A model generated the notes under the pieces. The model ran no database searches, was not told the DNA's origin, and saw only the letters and a list, made by a program, of their open reading frames with translations. DNA of 47,504 bases from a virus (Duplodnaviria > Caudoviricetes). Shown one piece after another: positions 8,461 to 18,172 of this stretch (positions are counted from its first letter, which is position 1; every line of letters starts with the position of its first letter). The position numbers and the translations under genes are program-made. The stretch lies in the IMG/VR virus record IMGVR_UViG_3300044983_000169, positions 1 to 47,504 of that record; one strand, given 5' to 3'.

Positions 8461-9152
8461 GAGTCCTCCAAAGCGTCGCCCTCGATCGGGTCGCCCCAAC
8501 CGCCGAGGCGCAGCAGCCGGACCATGTGGGCGAGGGTGAGGCGTACGGGAATGTCGCTGGTCCAGTAGGCGCCGACCAGCGACAAGTTCAGCCCGAGCTT
8601 CGCGCCGCCGTGGATGTGGAACAGGTCCATGGCGGTGCTGATGGCCCACCAGGACCCGGCGTTGGCCGGGCCGTGGCCGGGCCGCCTGATGACCAGGATT
8701 CCGACGTCGGCGTGTGCGTTCGCGGCCTCGGAGAACGTCTCTTGGAGCCAGGCGTCCACCTGCTTGTCGGTGACGGGCCGGTTGCGTGCCTTGACCTCCC
8801 AGGCCACACCGGGTGTCCCGGTGATGTCTCCGGCGTCGCTCTGGCCGCGCAGGGCCCGTCGTTCGGCGCCGGGCCAGCCGTTGGCCTGGAGGTAGCGGAC
8901 TACGGCCCGCTCGGCATCTGTCCCAATGTCTTTCGGTCGGCGCTTGCGTTTGGTCGCCAGCGGGTCCCGGCTCCCTTCCCGTGGACGGGAGCCGCTGACG
9001 TCTGGCCCGGCCGCCGGGACCCTTATACCGGCGGCCGGAGTTGGTGAGCCCACCCCGGGAACGGGGGCAACCAGGGTGGGCTCCGCGCCGGCCGGGGGTG
9101 CCGGCGCGTGCACCGCGCGAGGCGCCGCGGTGCGGTCTGTGGGGGCGATCAC
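8457..9152 (-). CDS. Holliday junction resolvase-like PD-(D/E)XK nuclease
   Basis: GTDAERAVVRYL...ERRAL.G..DAGDITG...WEVK; start uncertain. Confidence 0.7.
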   Translation of the reverse strand: MIAPTDRTAAPRAVHAPAPPAGAEPTLVAPVPGVGSPTPAAGIRVPAAGPDVSGSRPREGSRDPLATKRKRRPKDIGTDAERAVVRYLQANGWPGAERRALRGQSDAGDITGTPGVAWEVKARNRPVTDKQVDAWLQETFSEAANAHADVGILVIRRPGHGPANAGSWWAISTAMDLFHIHGGAKLGLNLSLVGAYWTSDIPVRLTLAHMVRLLRLGGWGDPIEGDALEDS

Positions 9153-9424
9153 TGGCTCAGCCCCCGGTCGGTGAGTTCCTGCTTGAACAGCACCTCGAAC
9201 TCGGCCGGGTGGCGCTTGGCGAGCTTGCGGAACGCGGCCTGGCGGGCAGCGGACTTGGCGAATTCCCTGGTCTTCCGTGGCTTTCCGGCTGGACTGGCGT
9301 TCCACTCGCGCATGTAGGCGTTGTGCGCTTCGCGGCAGGGTCCGCAGGGTTCTTCGCCTGCCTTGAGGTGCCGGGTGTGAGCGGCGTTGGTGCCGCACGG
9401 CTGGAGCTGGCGGGCCATCACCAT
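9149..9424 (-). CDS. Small Cys/His Zn-binding protein
   Basis: PCGT.AA..RH...GE.PC..CR motif common in actinophages. Confidence 0.7.
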   Translation of the reverse strand: MVMARQLQPCGTNAAHTRHLKAGEEPCGPCREAHNAYMREWNASPAGKPRKTREFAKSAARQAAFRKLAKRHPAEFEVLFKQELTDRGLSQ

Positions 9425-9530
9425 GCACCTACCGGCAGCCCGAAGTCCTCGTCCTCAACCTCGTCCTCGTCGCCTGCTGCGGCGGCGGCGAGTGGCGTGG
9501 AGATGATGGCGAGCACCCACCAGAACCAGG

Positions 9531-9746
9531 TCACGGCGTCACCTGCTCGGCCGCACGCTGCCGGTTGATCGGGTCGAGCGCCTTGACCTGGTTGGCCAGC
9601 TCTTCCGCCCAGTTCGACAGCGTGTAGTAGTCCTCGAAGAAGAGCTCGTCTTCGCCTTCCTCGGCGGTCGCATAGAGGACGAAGCCCGGCTTGCCGTTGA
9701 CGTTGGCTTCCTCGATGTCCAGATCAGGGCCGTAGACGTTGATCAT
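9531..9746 (-). CDS. Acidic hypothetical protein
   Basis: ATGA coupling. Confidence 0.65.
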   Translation of the reverse strand: MINVYGPDLDIEEANVNGKPGFVLYATAEEGEDELFFEDYYTLSNWAEELANQVKALDPINRQRAAEQVTP

Positions 9747-9958
9747 TCGCCCTCGCCCTCGGGCAGCAGGGCGCTGACGGCGTTCCAGGCGGCCTCTGCG
9801 GAGGCGAACGCGGTCCGGAGCGCTTCCCACTTCTCGGCGAGTTCGGTGTCGCCTTCGGGCATGTCCTCGGTCTTGATGCCGTATTCCAGCGCTTCCCAGA
9901 TGCCGCCTTCCCAGCCGATCTTGCTGGCGACGGCCTGGCGGTCTTCGAACTTGCTCAT
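9743..9958 (-). CDS. Hypothetical protein
   Basis: ATGA coupling. Confidence 0.7.
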   Translation of the reverse strand: MSKFEDRQAVASKIGWEGGIWEALEYGIKTEDMPEGDTELAEKWEALRTAFASAEAAWNAVSALLPEGEGE

Positions 9959-10173
9959 GCGGTGATCGCCTTCTGTGCGGGCTTGGGTGTGTCGCGGCCT
10001 GCGACGCGCCTGCCGGGGCTGATGAAGAACGCGCGGGCGTCGTGGCGGATGCGGCGGGCCGCGCGGACGGCCCACGCGGTGGGGAGCAGGTGCCAGGCGA
10101 GCCGGGCGAGGCTGCCCGCGCCGACGATGGCCAGCAGCCACAGGGCGACGGTGAGGGCGTAGGAGGCGGTCAT
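9955..10173 (-). CDS. Small membrane protein
   Basis: N-terminal hydrophobic segment, basic tail. Confidence 0.6.
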   Translation of the reverse strand: MTASYALTVALWLLAIVGAGSLARLAWHLLPTAWAVRAARRIRHDARAFFISPGRRVAGRDTPKPAQKAITA

Positions 10174-10239
10174 GAGTCGTTTCCGATCCGGACCGCGACG
10201 ATCACTGCGAACACGAACACGAGGCAGCCGTTAGTGAGG

Positions 10240-10848
10240 TCACTCATCGGCCTGTCCCGCCTCTTGCACGGCCGGGGTCGCGGTCACCTGGTCGGACACC
10301 TCGGCGGGCTCGACCCGCACGACGTCACCGGCGGCGAAGTCGTAGACGGCCTCTCCGGCCGTGACGATGAACGTGTCCGGCCGTACCGTGTCGACGATCC
10401 CTCGGATGATGCCGCCGCCCTCGCAGTGCACGATGACGTGCTGGCCACCGTGGACGTGTGCCCAGGGGTTCGCGGGCACGGCCGGGATGACCTGCGTTGC
10501 ACCGTCCGGCGATACCTGCGGGAGCTGGGCGGTCTGGTCGAGCGGCGCGGCGACCGGCCCGGAGTGGCCCGGGTAGCAGGCCGGGGAGCCGCTGCGGTCG
10601 TGGACGAGACCGACCTCGGTCCGCACGAGCGGGCCGCCGCAGTGCCTGCACTGCTCGTACTCGACACCGACCGTCGGGGAGTAGCGGGACACCAGGCCCG
10701 CGATCGCGGCGTCCAGCTCGGCGAGGTTCTTCTCGTGTCGCCTGGTCGTCGCCTCGTACTTGGCGATCAGGTTGGTGCGGTACTTGACGAGCTCGTCGTA
10801 GATCTCGCTGCGGGTGCCGGTAGGCTGGCCGTTGGGAGTTCCGGTCAT
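10240..10848 (-). CDS. Hypothetical protein (coiled coil, Zn ribbon)
   Basis: GAAAGG RBS, ATGA coupling, CRHCGG...H...C. Confidence 0.7.
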   Translation of the reverse strand: MTGTPNGQPTGTRSEIYDELVKYRTNLIAKYEATTRRHEKNLAELDAAIAGLVSRYSPTVGVEYEQCRHCGGPLVRTEVGLVHDRSGSPACYPGHSGPVAAPLDQTAQLPQVSPDGATQVIPAVPANPWAHVHGGQHVIVHCEGGGIIRGIVDTVRPDTFIVTAGEAVYDFAAGDVVRVEPAEVSDQVTATPAVQEAGQADE

Positions 10849-11153
10849 TGGTGTGGCCTTTCGATAGATGTGGAGCCTCCGGCGAGTGGATGCGCCGGGG
10901 GCTTCTGCATGTTGTGGGTGTCGCGGATCAGGTCGGCGAGCTGCTGGTAGAACTCGGCGGCGGCCGGCTTCTCCGGCGCTAGCCACATCGCGGCCTGGCG
11001 GCACTGCCGCTCGGCCACCTCGGCGCCCGGGTCGGTGATGAGTGCGTTGGCCTGTGCGGCGAGCATCAGGTGGTGGCATTCCGGCCAGGCGTCCTCGGCG
11101 GTGATCGCGTCGGCGACCTTCAGGGCCGCGCACAGCTGTTCGGCGGTGTCCAT
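10845..11153 (-). CDS. Hypothetical protein
   Basis: TGATG coupling. Confidence 0.65.
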   Translation of the reverse strand: MDTAEQLCAALKVADAITAEDAWPECHHLMLAAQANALITDPGAEVAERQCRQAAMWLAPEKPAAAEFYQQLADLIRDTHNMQKPPAHPLAGGSTSIERPHQ

Positions 11154-11437
11154 CAGGCACCGGCCTTCGCCGCGGCCGATTTGTGGCCGGTCACCATCTG
11201 GACGGCGGCCCGGTGCGCACAGTCGGTCTTGGCCGCGTTGCAGGTGCAGTACCAGACACCGGCGCCGAGCTCGACCATGTAGTCGGACTGGTGGCCGCGC
11301 ACGATCGCCTCGACGCGGTACGGCTGGATCGAGCCGCCCGCCGTGTCGGCGAGGACGACACGGACCCGCTGCTCGCGCAGGTAGGCCAGGGCCTTGGAGC
11401 GCGTCGGCGTGCGGGTGATTGGCTTGGTCGCCATCAC
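11153..11437 (-). CDS. SWIM Zn-finger protein
   Basis: WYCTC...CAH (CxCxnCxH). Confidence 0.75.
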   Translation of the reverse strand: MMATKPITRTPTRSKALAYLREQRVRVVLADTAGGSIQPYRVEAIVRGHQSDYMVELGAGVWYCTCNAAKTDCAHRAAVQMVTGHKSAAAKAGA

Positions 11438-12327
11438 TCGCCGCCGGGGATCGGTGGGACCTCGGGCCAGCCAGCCTCGGCAGCAGCCTCAGCGTCCGCG
11501 CTCGGCGGGACCGGCGGCACGGTGACCGGCCGGGCCCCGGCGATCTGCTCGGCGTCCACCCGCTCATCGGGGAACTCGTCCTCGATACGGACCTCGCGGG
11601 CCTCGATCGATCGGAACGTGATCCCGAGCTGGGCGACGTCCATGTCGTCCCACCGGTCCTTCGGCCGGCCGAGCTTGGCTTCGATCCGATCCAGGTCCAC
11701 GCCGAGCTTGCGGAACCCGGCAATAGCGTCGCCGATCCGGTGCGCCAACGGCCGGCCGCCGCCGTCCTTCAGGGTCTGGCGGCAGATCTCCTGCGCCTCT
11801 TCGGTGAAGAACGGCGGCAGGATCGCGTAGATGGCCTGCCGCATCCGCCGGGCGCCGTTGTTGGCGTTGTTCTCGTAGATGTCACGGACGTCCACGAGCC
11901 GCTCGGGGCCGCCCTTCTTGTCGCGCAGGTGCGGGACGATGAAGGTGTTGGAGGTGCGGGTGTTGGTCTGCACGTCCCAGGCGAACGCGAGCATCTCGCT
12001 CTGCCCGTACTCGTCGTCGCGGCGTAGCTCGGCGATGCCGTACTGGACGTTGCCGAAGCAGCGGGCCAGCTCGCGGGCGAGGTGGACGGTGGGGCCGGTG
12101 ACGGTCTGGCCGCCGCGCGGGAACCGGTAGAAGGCGCGCTCGGCCAGGTAGGGCTGGCGGCAGGAGTCCTGCATCATCACGCGGGCCAGCTGGAGGTCAC
12201 GCGGGCATTCCTGGGCGACCCGTACCGCGGCGAGGACTTCGGCGGCGGCGCGGGTCTGCTCGACGGCGGTGCCCTGGCCGACCCTCCCCGGGGTGGGGAG
12301 CTTGACGGGTTCCATCTGCTGGCTCAT
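11434..12327 (-). CDS. Putative single-strand annealing/recombination protein
   Basis: Coupled downstream of RecE-like exonuclease; YRFPRGG..VTGPTVHLARELAR.FGN motif. Confidence 0.6.
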   Translation of the reverse strand: MSQQMEPVKLPTPGRVGQGTAVEQTRAAAEVLAAVRVAQECPRDLQLARVMMQDSCRQPYLAERAFYRFPRGGQTVTGPTVHLARELARCFGNVQYGIAELRRDDEYGQSEMLAFAWDVQTNTRTSNTFIVPHLRDKKGGPERLVDVRDIYENNANNGARRMRQAIYAILPPFFTEEAQEICRQTLKDGGGRPLAHRIGDAIAGFRKLGVDLDRIEAKLGRPKDRWDDMDVAQLGITFRSIEAREVRIEDEFPDERVDAEQIAGARPVTVPPVPPSADAEAAAEAGWPEVPPIPGGE

Positions 12328-13187
12328 CGGCCGGTCATCTCCTCAAGCAGGCGGCGCTCGTCCCAGTCGGGAAGGCCGCTGAATTCGATTCGGTCGGAGT
12401 AGCCCGGCCATACGCCGGTCCGGATGCACTCGGCGTAGATGCCGATCGCCTGGGCGTTCTGCCACCGGCCGATCTGCATGGCCGGGTCGTTGAGCTGAAC
12501 GCAGTTCACGAGGTAGGGCGGGCTGGTCTCCTGGACCACCAGCACCACCGGGACCTCCTCGGCGAGGCCAAGGGCCTTCACGCCGTCGGCGTACCAGGCG
12601 CCCTGCTGGTGGTAGCCGTACCGGCGGATGGCCTTGCGGATCGAGTCCTCGTCGGCCTTGTCGGCGGTCTTGTAGTCCGGCACGATCAGCCGGCCGTCGG
12701 CCTCGGCCTGCCGGAGGAAGTCCACGAGCGCCCGGCGGATGATCCCGGTCGACCTGTCCTTCCAGAACAGCGCCTGCTCGGGCTTGCCGGCGCCGGGGTG
12801 GAACAGGGCGGCGGCGTGCGGGTCCTGGCGCAGCGCCTCGGCCATGGCCAGCACGCGGTCGTGAGCGGCGGGCAGGAGCGGGATCAGGCCCTCGTCGAGC
12901 GCCTCGGCCTTGGCCTCTTGGGCGGCCTTGGTGCGCCAGTTCTTGGCGTCGATCCGCTTCAGCTCCGCGCCGGCGCCGAGCATGACCCGGTGCGCGGCGG
13001 ATCCGAGCGTCATCGCCTCGGTGGGCGCGGGCGGGTTGTCCCGCTCGTACTTGAACAGCGCCGGGCAGGACGGCGGCAGGAGCTTGCGCGCGCCCGAGCT
13101 GGACAGGGAGCCGCCGGGGATCGGATCACTGTGGTACTGGTCGGCCGTGATCTCGTACACACCCGGGCCTGGGATGAGCGCGCTCAC
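12324..13187 (-). CDS. RecE-like PD-(D/E)XK exonuclease (DUF3799-like)
   Basis: YH...LSSSG...GSAAH...PDYKT...YGYHQQGAWY. Confidence 0.85.
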   Translation of the reverse strand: MSALIPGPGVYEITADQYHSDPIPGGSLSSSGARKLLPPSCPALFKYERDNPPAPTEAMTLGSAAHRVMLGAGAELKRIDAKNWRTKAAQEAKAEALDEGLIPLLPAAHDRVLAMAEALRQDPHAAALFHPGAGKPEQALFWKDRSTGIIRRALVDFLRQAEADGRLIVPDYKTADKADEDSIRKAIRRYGYHQQGAWYADGVKALGLAEEVPVVLVVQETSPPYLVNCVQLNDPAMQIGRWQNAQAIGIYAECIRTGVWPGYSDRIEFSGLPDWDERRLLEEMTGR

Positions 13188-13465
13188 GGCGACTCCCACA
13201 GGTCGCTGAGCGTGTGCGCCCGCTTGTCGCATCCCCGGGTCCGGCAGGCGATGCCGTCGCTCCGCCGTTTCGGGTCGCCGAGCACGGCCGCTTCGTCGCT
13301 GCTGATGCGGGGCCGGACGTGCCCGCGCTCGCAGGCGACCGGGATGGGCACGCCGTGCTGGGAGTCGACGAACTTGGCGAACTCGCGGCCGACCGCGGTG
13401 AACAACGGGGCGAGTGAGCCGAAGCTGCGGACGGCGGCGGTGAGGAACGGGACGGGGGCGGTCAC
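13184..13465 (-). CDS. Hypothetical protein
   Basis: Coupled GTG start; CERGH...CRTRGC. Confidence 0.55.
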   Translation of the reverse strand: MTAPVPFLTAAVRSFGSLAPLFTAVGREFAKFVDSQHGVPIPVACERGHVRPRISSDEAAVLGDPKRRSDGIACRTRGCDKRAHTLSDLWESP

Positions 13466-13547
13466 GACAACCCCCGCCATGCCGCGTAGGTGCCGACGGC
13501 GATGACCAGGGCGTCGAGGCCGAGGATGAGGGCCGGGATGAGGCGCT

Positions 13548-13886
13548 TCACGTCGTGCTCCCGATGATCCGGTCGAGCTCGTCGGCGGCCTCACGCAGCG
13601 CCTTGGCCAGCGGCGAGCCCGGGTGGGCCTGCTCGATCATCTGGGCGACACTCCGGACCCCCGGGGCCTGGAGATCGACGATGCCCAGGGGGGCCGGGAG
13701 AGTGAGGACTGGCGCTTCCCAGCCGCCCTCATTCGTCCACTCCCGGACGATCCAGGGTCGCGAGGGCGCGATCTCCGGAGGCCCGTAGAAGTCGCTGCTG
13801 TGAATCTGGTGGCTGCCGATGTTGTGCCGCGCGCTGGTATCGGTGCACCAGTCCGGGCACTGCGGCGGGGTCTGCGGGCCGCTCAC
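13548..13886 (-). CDS. Hypothetical protein (CPxWC...H motif)
   Basis: CPDWC...H...H typical of actinomycete mobile elements. Confidence 0.7.
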   Translation of the reverse strand: MSGPQTPPQCPDWCTDTSARHNIGSHQIHSSDFYGPPEIAPSRPWIVREWTNEGGWEAPVLTLPAPLGIVDLQAPGVRSVAQMIEQAHPGSPLAKALREAADELDRIIGSTT

Positions 13887-14272
13887 CGGGCCATCTCCGC
13901 GACGTCGCGGAGGATCTCGGCGACCTCGGCGGCGGTACGGCCGCGCTGGTCGTTCCAGGTGCCGATGGTGTCGAGGGCCGTTCCGCCGGGCTCCGCGCCC
14001 ATCGCGTCGACCAGGTATTCGGCGACGAGACCTTCGGCTTCGAGGATCTCGTCGGAGGTCGGCTCGATGCTGCCGAGCATGATGTCGGCGATGGTCATGC
14101 CTCCGGCGAGGCGGATCGCGGCGGCGGTGCAGCAGCGGACGTCACGGCCGCCTTTGCCGTTCCACTGCTTGGGGAAGAAGTCGTCGCGGTGCAGGCCGAC
14201 TTTCAGGATGTGCTCTCCGGCGCCGAGGAGGATCTCCTGGACGGTCAGGGCCGGGGCGGTTGTGGTGGTCAT
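13883..14272 (-). CDS. DUF6197-like protein
   Basis: CTAAAI...WND..GRT..EV..L; AGGGAG RBS. Confidence 0.7.
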   Translation of the reverse strand: MTTTTAPALTVQEILLGAGEHILKVGLHRDDFFPKQWNGKGGRDVRCCTAAAIRLAGGMTIADIMLGSIEPTSDEILEAEGLVAEYLVDAMGAEPGGTALDTIGTWNDQRGRTAAEVAEILRDVAEMAR

Positions 14273-14357
14273 GTGCTGCTCCCTCGTAGGATCGGAAGCG
14301 CGGAAGCTGCTGCTCCCGCACTGGGCTCGGCCGGGGCATCGGCCGGGCCCGCTTGCG

Positions 14358-14552
14358 TCATTGGGTTTGCGCGTCGAGCCAGGTGTCGAGTTCGGCCCAC
14401 CGGTAGCGGACGCCGTGGCCGGTGCCGTTCCAGCGGGGGCCGATGCCCATGGCTCGCCAGTTGCGGAGTGTTTTGGGGCTGCGGCGCAGGTAGGCGGCGG
14501 CTTCGCGGATGGTGGCGTTGCCGGTGCGGGCCGCTGTCTTGGCGGCCATCAC
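14358..14552 (-). CDS. Excisionase-like HTH protein
   Basis: EAAAYL....TLRNWR..G.GP......VRY....LDTWL; follows Cro. Confidence 0.8.
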   Translation of the reverse strand: MMAAKTAARTGNATIREAAAYLRRSPKTLRNWRAMGIGPRWNGTGHGVRYRWAELDTWLDAQTQ

Positions 14553-14788
14553 GACGCCGCGACGGCCGCATCAGCGGGCATCAGGTCGGAGATCTCGCAT
14601 TCGAGCGCCCCTGCGATGGCCCGCAGGCTGGTGACTCGGATGGGCATGCGCCCGTTCTCGGCGTGGGAGATCGTGCCGACCGACACCCCTGCCTTGGCGG
14701 CGAGTTCGCGGCCGGTGAGTCCCTTCGCGGTCCGGCGTTGGCGCAGCCGCAGCGGGTCGTGCATCAGGGGGCGGGGTCGGTCTGTCAT
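14549..14788 (-). CDS. Cro-like XRE HTH regulator
   Basis: LRQRR..KGLT..ELA.KAGVS..TIS.AENG; divergent from repressor. Confidence 0.85.
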   Translation of the reverse strand: MTDRPRPLMHDPLRLRQRRTAKGLTGRELAAKAGVSVGTISHAENGRMPIRVTSLRAIAGALECEISDLMPADAAVAAS

Positions 14789-14799
14789 GGGTCCAACCT

Positions 14800-14900
14800 A
14801 CCCAGAAGTTCAACTCGGTTCAAGAGCTGAATTGAACTTCCTTGTATCGACAGGTTTCCGACCGGATGTCCTAGTCAGTTCAACACGGTTCAGCTATGTT
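14800..14900. promoter_or_regulatory. Immunity switch operators
   Basis: Direct repeats AGTTCAACWCGGTTCA at 14807 and 14877; inverted GAAGTTCAA/TTGAACTTC at 14805/14832, between divergent HTH genes. Confidence 0.6.
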
Positions 14901-14939
14901 CATGTGAGACCGCGAGCTAAGCCAGGAGGCCCGAACCCC

Positions 14940-15389
14940 ATGGCTGAGACGGAAGCCCTTCCATCGCCGGAGAGCTTGCTCATCCGGCGCGCCCGCAGCG
15001 CCCTAGGACTCAGTCCCGAGAAGATCGTCGAAAGGATGGGGGTGACAGCCAGGATCAGCAGCCGCTATTGGCGTCAGATCGAAGACGGCCAGAAGATCGC
15101 ACCCGACGACACCTATGCCCACATGGCCAACGCCGTCGGACTCACGCCCGAACGCCTCGAAGAGGTCGGTCGGCCGGAGGCCGCCGAGATCCTGCGCGAG
15201 ATCGACCGGATGGCCGGCGCCGACCGCACCGACGTTTCGCGCCGAGTCGACGAGCAGCTCGACCGAAATGAAGCCATCGTCGCCGAGATCGGCGAACTGC
15301 TCCGCCAGGCCAGCCCCAAACAGTCGAAGGCGATCCTTGAGCTGCTCAGAGCGCTGAGCGCCGAGGATGATCAGGCGGATGCGGGGTGA
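14940..15389 (+). CDS. Immunity repressor (XRE-like HTH)
   Basis: LIRRARSALGLS...ISSRYWRQIEDG; AGGAGG upstream; divergent from cro. Confidence 0.75.
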   Translation: MAETEALPSPESLLIRRARSALGLSPEKIVERMGVTARISSRYWRQIEDGQKIAPDDTYAHMANAVGLTPERLEEVGRPEAAEILREIDRMAGADRTDVSRRVDEQLDRNEAIVAEIGELLRQASPKQSKAILELLRALSAEDDQADAG

Positions 15390-15567
15390 CGGATTTCAAA
15401 TGGTGAGAATCCGACTAGATGGCCTACGTCATATGCACGATTGCCCCACGCCTCGCTTATCACACAGGATGTCCAATAAAGCACCAATCGTAGGGACGTT
15501 TTGACTGTCAGAAATCCCGCCACGCAAGAAATTGTCAACGTCCCCCACACCAAGGTGGGGAGCCTTC

Positions 15568-15876
15568 ATGCCAGACCGCCGACAGCCTCCAACCCGCTGG
15601 ATCCTCGGCGCCGGAATCATCCTGTCCGCCATCACCGCCATCACCCTCAACCTCGGCGACCTACGCCGCCTCGCCGGGAACCTGTCCCTCGGCGCCTGCG
15701 TCGTCCTGTCCAGCTGGCTCATCAACCACTGCTCCACCCGCCGCACCGACCGGCGCCTCCTGCGCGTCGCCGAACTCGAAGCCACCCAGCTCCAGCAGCT
15801 GCGAACAGTCGCCCGCCGCCTCATCGAGGACACTGAAGACAACACCACCCCCCAACCGCTGAGGCGCGTCAAATGA
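15568..15876 (+). CDS. Two-TM membrane protein
   Basis: Two hydrophobic segments; stop overlaps integrase start (ATGA). Confidence 0.65.
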   Translation: MPDRRQPPTRWILGAGIILSAITAITLNLGDLRRLAGNLSLGACVVLSSWLINHCSTRRTDRRLLRVAELEATQLQQLRTVARRLIEDTEDNTTPQPLRRVK

Positions 15877-17141
15877 GCGTGTACGACCGCTGGCACCTGA
15901 CCCACCCCCCCGCAGGCACACAGCCGTGCAAATGCGGGCGTGGCCGCAACAAGCTCTACCCCAGCGCCGACCACGAACAGGGCAAACGGTGGCAAGTCCG
16001 CTACCGCGACGACACCGGACGGCAGAAGAAAACCAACTTCGCCGACCGGTACGGCGACAACCCGGCCGTCCACGCCGAGGCGTTCGACGCCGACAACACC
16101 GCCAAACTCAACTCCGGCGGCTGGACCGACCCGGCCGCGGGGAAGGTCAGCCTGTCCGACTACGCGCGGCAGTGGCGGGCCGGGCAGACCGCCGACCCGG
16201 CGACCCTGCGCGTCTACGACGGCCGCCTCAAGCACATCCATGGGACGGCGTTCGGGCAGCAGCCGATGAGCCTGCTGGCCAAGCGGCCCAGCATGGTCCA
16301 GCAGTGGGTGAAGGGCCTGGATCTGGCTCCGGCGACGGTCCGGCACGCGGTCGGCGTCCTGTCCATGATCTTCAACGCGGCGATCCAGGACGGGATCGTG
16401 GCCCGCAACCCCGTGCACGCCACTTCGGTCGTCAAACCGCCGAAGGTCGTCCGACGGTCGATCGTGCCGTGGACGCTGGAGCAGGTCGAGGCGGCCCGCG
16501 CCGCCATGGACGCCCGGTACCGGGCCACGGTCGACATGGGGGCCGGGTGCGGGCTGCGGCAGGGCGAGATCTTCGCGGTCGAGCAGCCCGCGGTCGACTT
16601 CCTGCACCGGGAGGTGCACGTCCGGTTGCAGATCCGGATCATCGACAACCAGCTGGTGTTCAGCCTGCCCAAGGGCGGCAAGGAGCGGACGGTCCCGCTG
16701 GACGGGCAGGTGCAGATGGCGCTGGCCGCGCACATCGCCGCGTCCCCGCCGGTCGAGGTGACACTGCCGTGGGTCGGGCCGGGGAAGGCCAGGACCCGTA
16801 CGGCGCTGCTCCTGTTCACCCGCCCGGACGGCCAGGCGCTGCACCAGGCCCTGTTCAACGACCAGCAGTGGCGGCCGGCCCGGAAGGCGGCCGGTGTCCC
16901 GCAGACGCGGGAGAACGGGATGCACGGGCTCCGGCACACCTTCGCGTCGGCGTGCCTGGCCGGGGGTGTGGACATCCGGACGCTCGCCGACTGGCTGGGG
17001 CACAGCGACCCCGGGTTCACGCTCAGGATCTACACGCATCTGATGCCGTCGGCGGCGGATCGGGGCCGTCAGGCGCTGGCCGCGTTCTGGTCCGGGGAGG
17101 GCGCGAGTGCCCTCGATGTGCCCTCTAGGAAGGCGAAATAG
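15873..17141 (+). CDS. int: Tyrosine integrase
   Basis: Catalytic R (GLRQGE), K (PKGGK), HGLRH, LGH, Y (RIYTH); N-terminal RWQVRYRD arm-binding domain. Confidence 0.95.
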   Translation: MSVYDRWHLTHPPAGTQPCKCGRGRNKLYPSADHEQGKRWQVRYRDDTGRQKKTNFADRYGDNPAVHAEAFDADNTAKLNSGGWTDPAAGKVSLSDYARQWRAGQTADPATLRVYDGRLKHIHGTAFGQQPMSLLAKRPSMVQQWVKGLDLAPATVRHAVGVLSMIFNAAIQDGIVARNPVHATSVVKPPKVVRRSIVPWTLEQVEAARAAMDARYRATVDMGAGCGLRQGEIFAVEQPAVDFLHREVHVRLQIRIIDNQLVFSLPKGGKERTVPLDGQVQMALAAHIAASPPVEVTLPWVGPGKARTRTALLLFTRPDGQALHQALFNDQQWRPARKAAGVPQTRENGMHGLRHTFASACLAGGVDIRTLADWLGHSDPGFTLRIYTHLMPSAADRGRQALAAFWSGEGASALDVPSRKAK

Positions 17142-17301
17142 GCTGTGACCTGCGGTTCCGCGAGTAGACGTCATACTAATCGTGCCCTTGACGCCACCTG
17201 CCATGATCCTGCGGCAGGTGGTTTGACGTGCGACGACAGCGTCCCTCAGGGTCCCGTATCGTCCCGCATAGGCCCATGCGCGTGTGCCCGCGATGTGCCC
17301 T
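17107..17301. other. Putative intact attP
   Basis: Arm-like repeats GTGCCCKCGATGTGCCCT at 17107 and 17284; core AGTA-GACGTCA-TACT at 17163-17177; GTCCC phased every 10 bp at 17241, 17251, 17261. Confidence 0.75.
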
Positions 17302-17392
17302 GCCCCCAGCATCCCCGCGGCCCGCACCATGAACGGCTGCTCGCCGACGCGATCCGCCGCCGCGACCGGCGCCGGGCACGGCGGGCCGCGCA

Positions 17393-17560
17393 GTGATCGA
17401 CCTGTGGACCGTCTACGGCTACGACCCGTTCATCCTGTGCCTCTCGGCCGGGTGGCTGATCTGGCACGCCTACGAGGCCGTTCAGGACACGCGGGCGCTG
17501 GTCCGCCACATCCGGCGGTACCGCCGCTTCCCCGTCCCCTGGGACACCGGGAAGTCCTAA
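17393..17560 (+). CDS. Possible 55-aa membrane protein
   Basis: MIDLWTVYGYDPFILCLSAGWLIWHAY...; high GC3 codon usage. Confidence 0.45.
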   Translation: MIDLWTVYGYDPFILCLSAGWLIWHAYEAVQDTRALVRHIRRYRRFPVPWDTGKS

Positions 17561-17799
17561 GCCTCGTCCGCCAGGACGACGAACATGCCCCGGCCCGGCC
17601 GGGCGACGATCAGCCCCTCGGCCTTCAACAGGTCGAGCCCCTTCTTCACCGTGTTCCGGGACAACCCGGACGCCTCCTCCAGCTCCATGTGGCTGGGCAG
17701 CTTCCGGTCGATCTTCCCGGCGGCGATGGCGGTACGGAGCTGGTCGGCGAGCTGCACGTACGGGGCGTCATCTCCGTCCGGGTCGATGCTGATGTCCAT
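17557..17799 (-). CDS. GntR-family wHTH regulator
   Basis: PYVQLADQLR..I..G....LPS..EL....G.SR.TV..GL..L..EG.I...PGRG.FV. Confidence 0.9.
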   Translation of the reverse strand: MDISIDPDGDDAPYVQLADQLRTAIAAGKIDRKLPSHMELEEASGLSRNTVKKGLDLLKAEGLIVARPGRGMFVVLADEA

Positions 17800-17887
17800 G
17801 ATCGAAACCCTAGTTGAGCAGGGCAAACCCTAGAAAGGCAGGGCTGGGTATGGCCAACTATGCCCAGCCACAGGTAGCGTGCCGTGC

Positions 17888-18172
17888 ATGAGCGATGCCA
17901 CGCCGCATGTGTACGTCTGGGACATCACCGGGGGCGCATGCGGCGCGTCCCGCGACCGCGACCACGTCATGGCCGTCGTCGGCAACGAACTGGCCACCGC
18001 CGAGCCCGGCACGACCGCTGTCGTCGCCGAGATGCTCGTCTCGCAGGACAGCAGCGTCGGCTACATCCCCGTCCAGATCACCGGCCGTGCCGAGCGCACC
18101 GAGCAGGGCGTGGTCTGGAACCAGACTGCGGCCGGGCCCCGTGGCGGGAGCCCGGCTGCACACCGCCCATGA
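17888..18172 (+). CDS. Hypothetical protein
   Basis: Divergent from GntR; coupled to next gene. Confidence 0.6.
   Translation: MSDATPHVYVWDITGGACGASRDRDHVMAVVGNELATAEPGTTAVVAEMLVSQDSSVGYIPVQITGRAERTEQGVVWNQTAAGPRGGSPAAHRP

Noticed and set aside
13623-14939. 588-aa version of the repressor ORF
   Set aside because: Extension overlaps several real minus-strand genes; RBS and HTH support the start at 14940.
15429-17330. 633-aa minus-strand ORF
   Set aside because: Antisense to the integrase, Arg/Pro-rich, no motifs.
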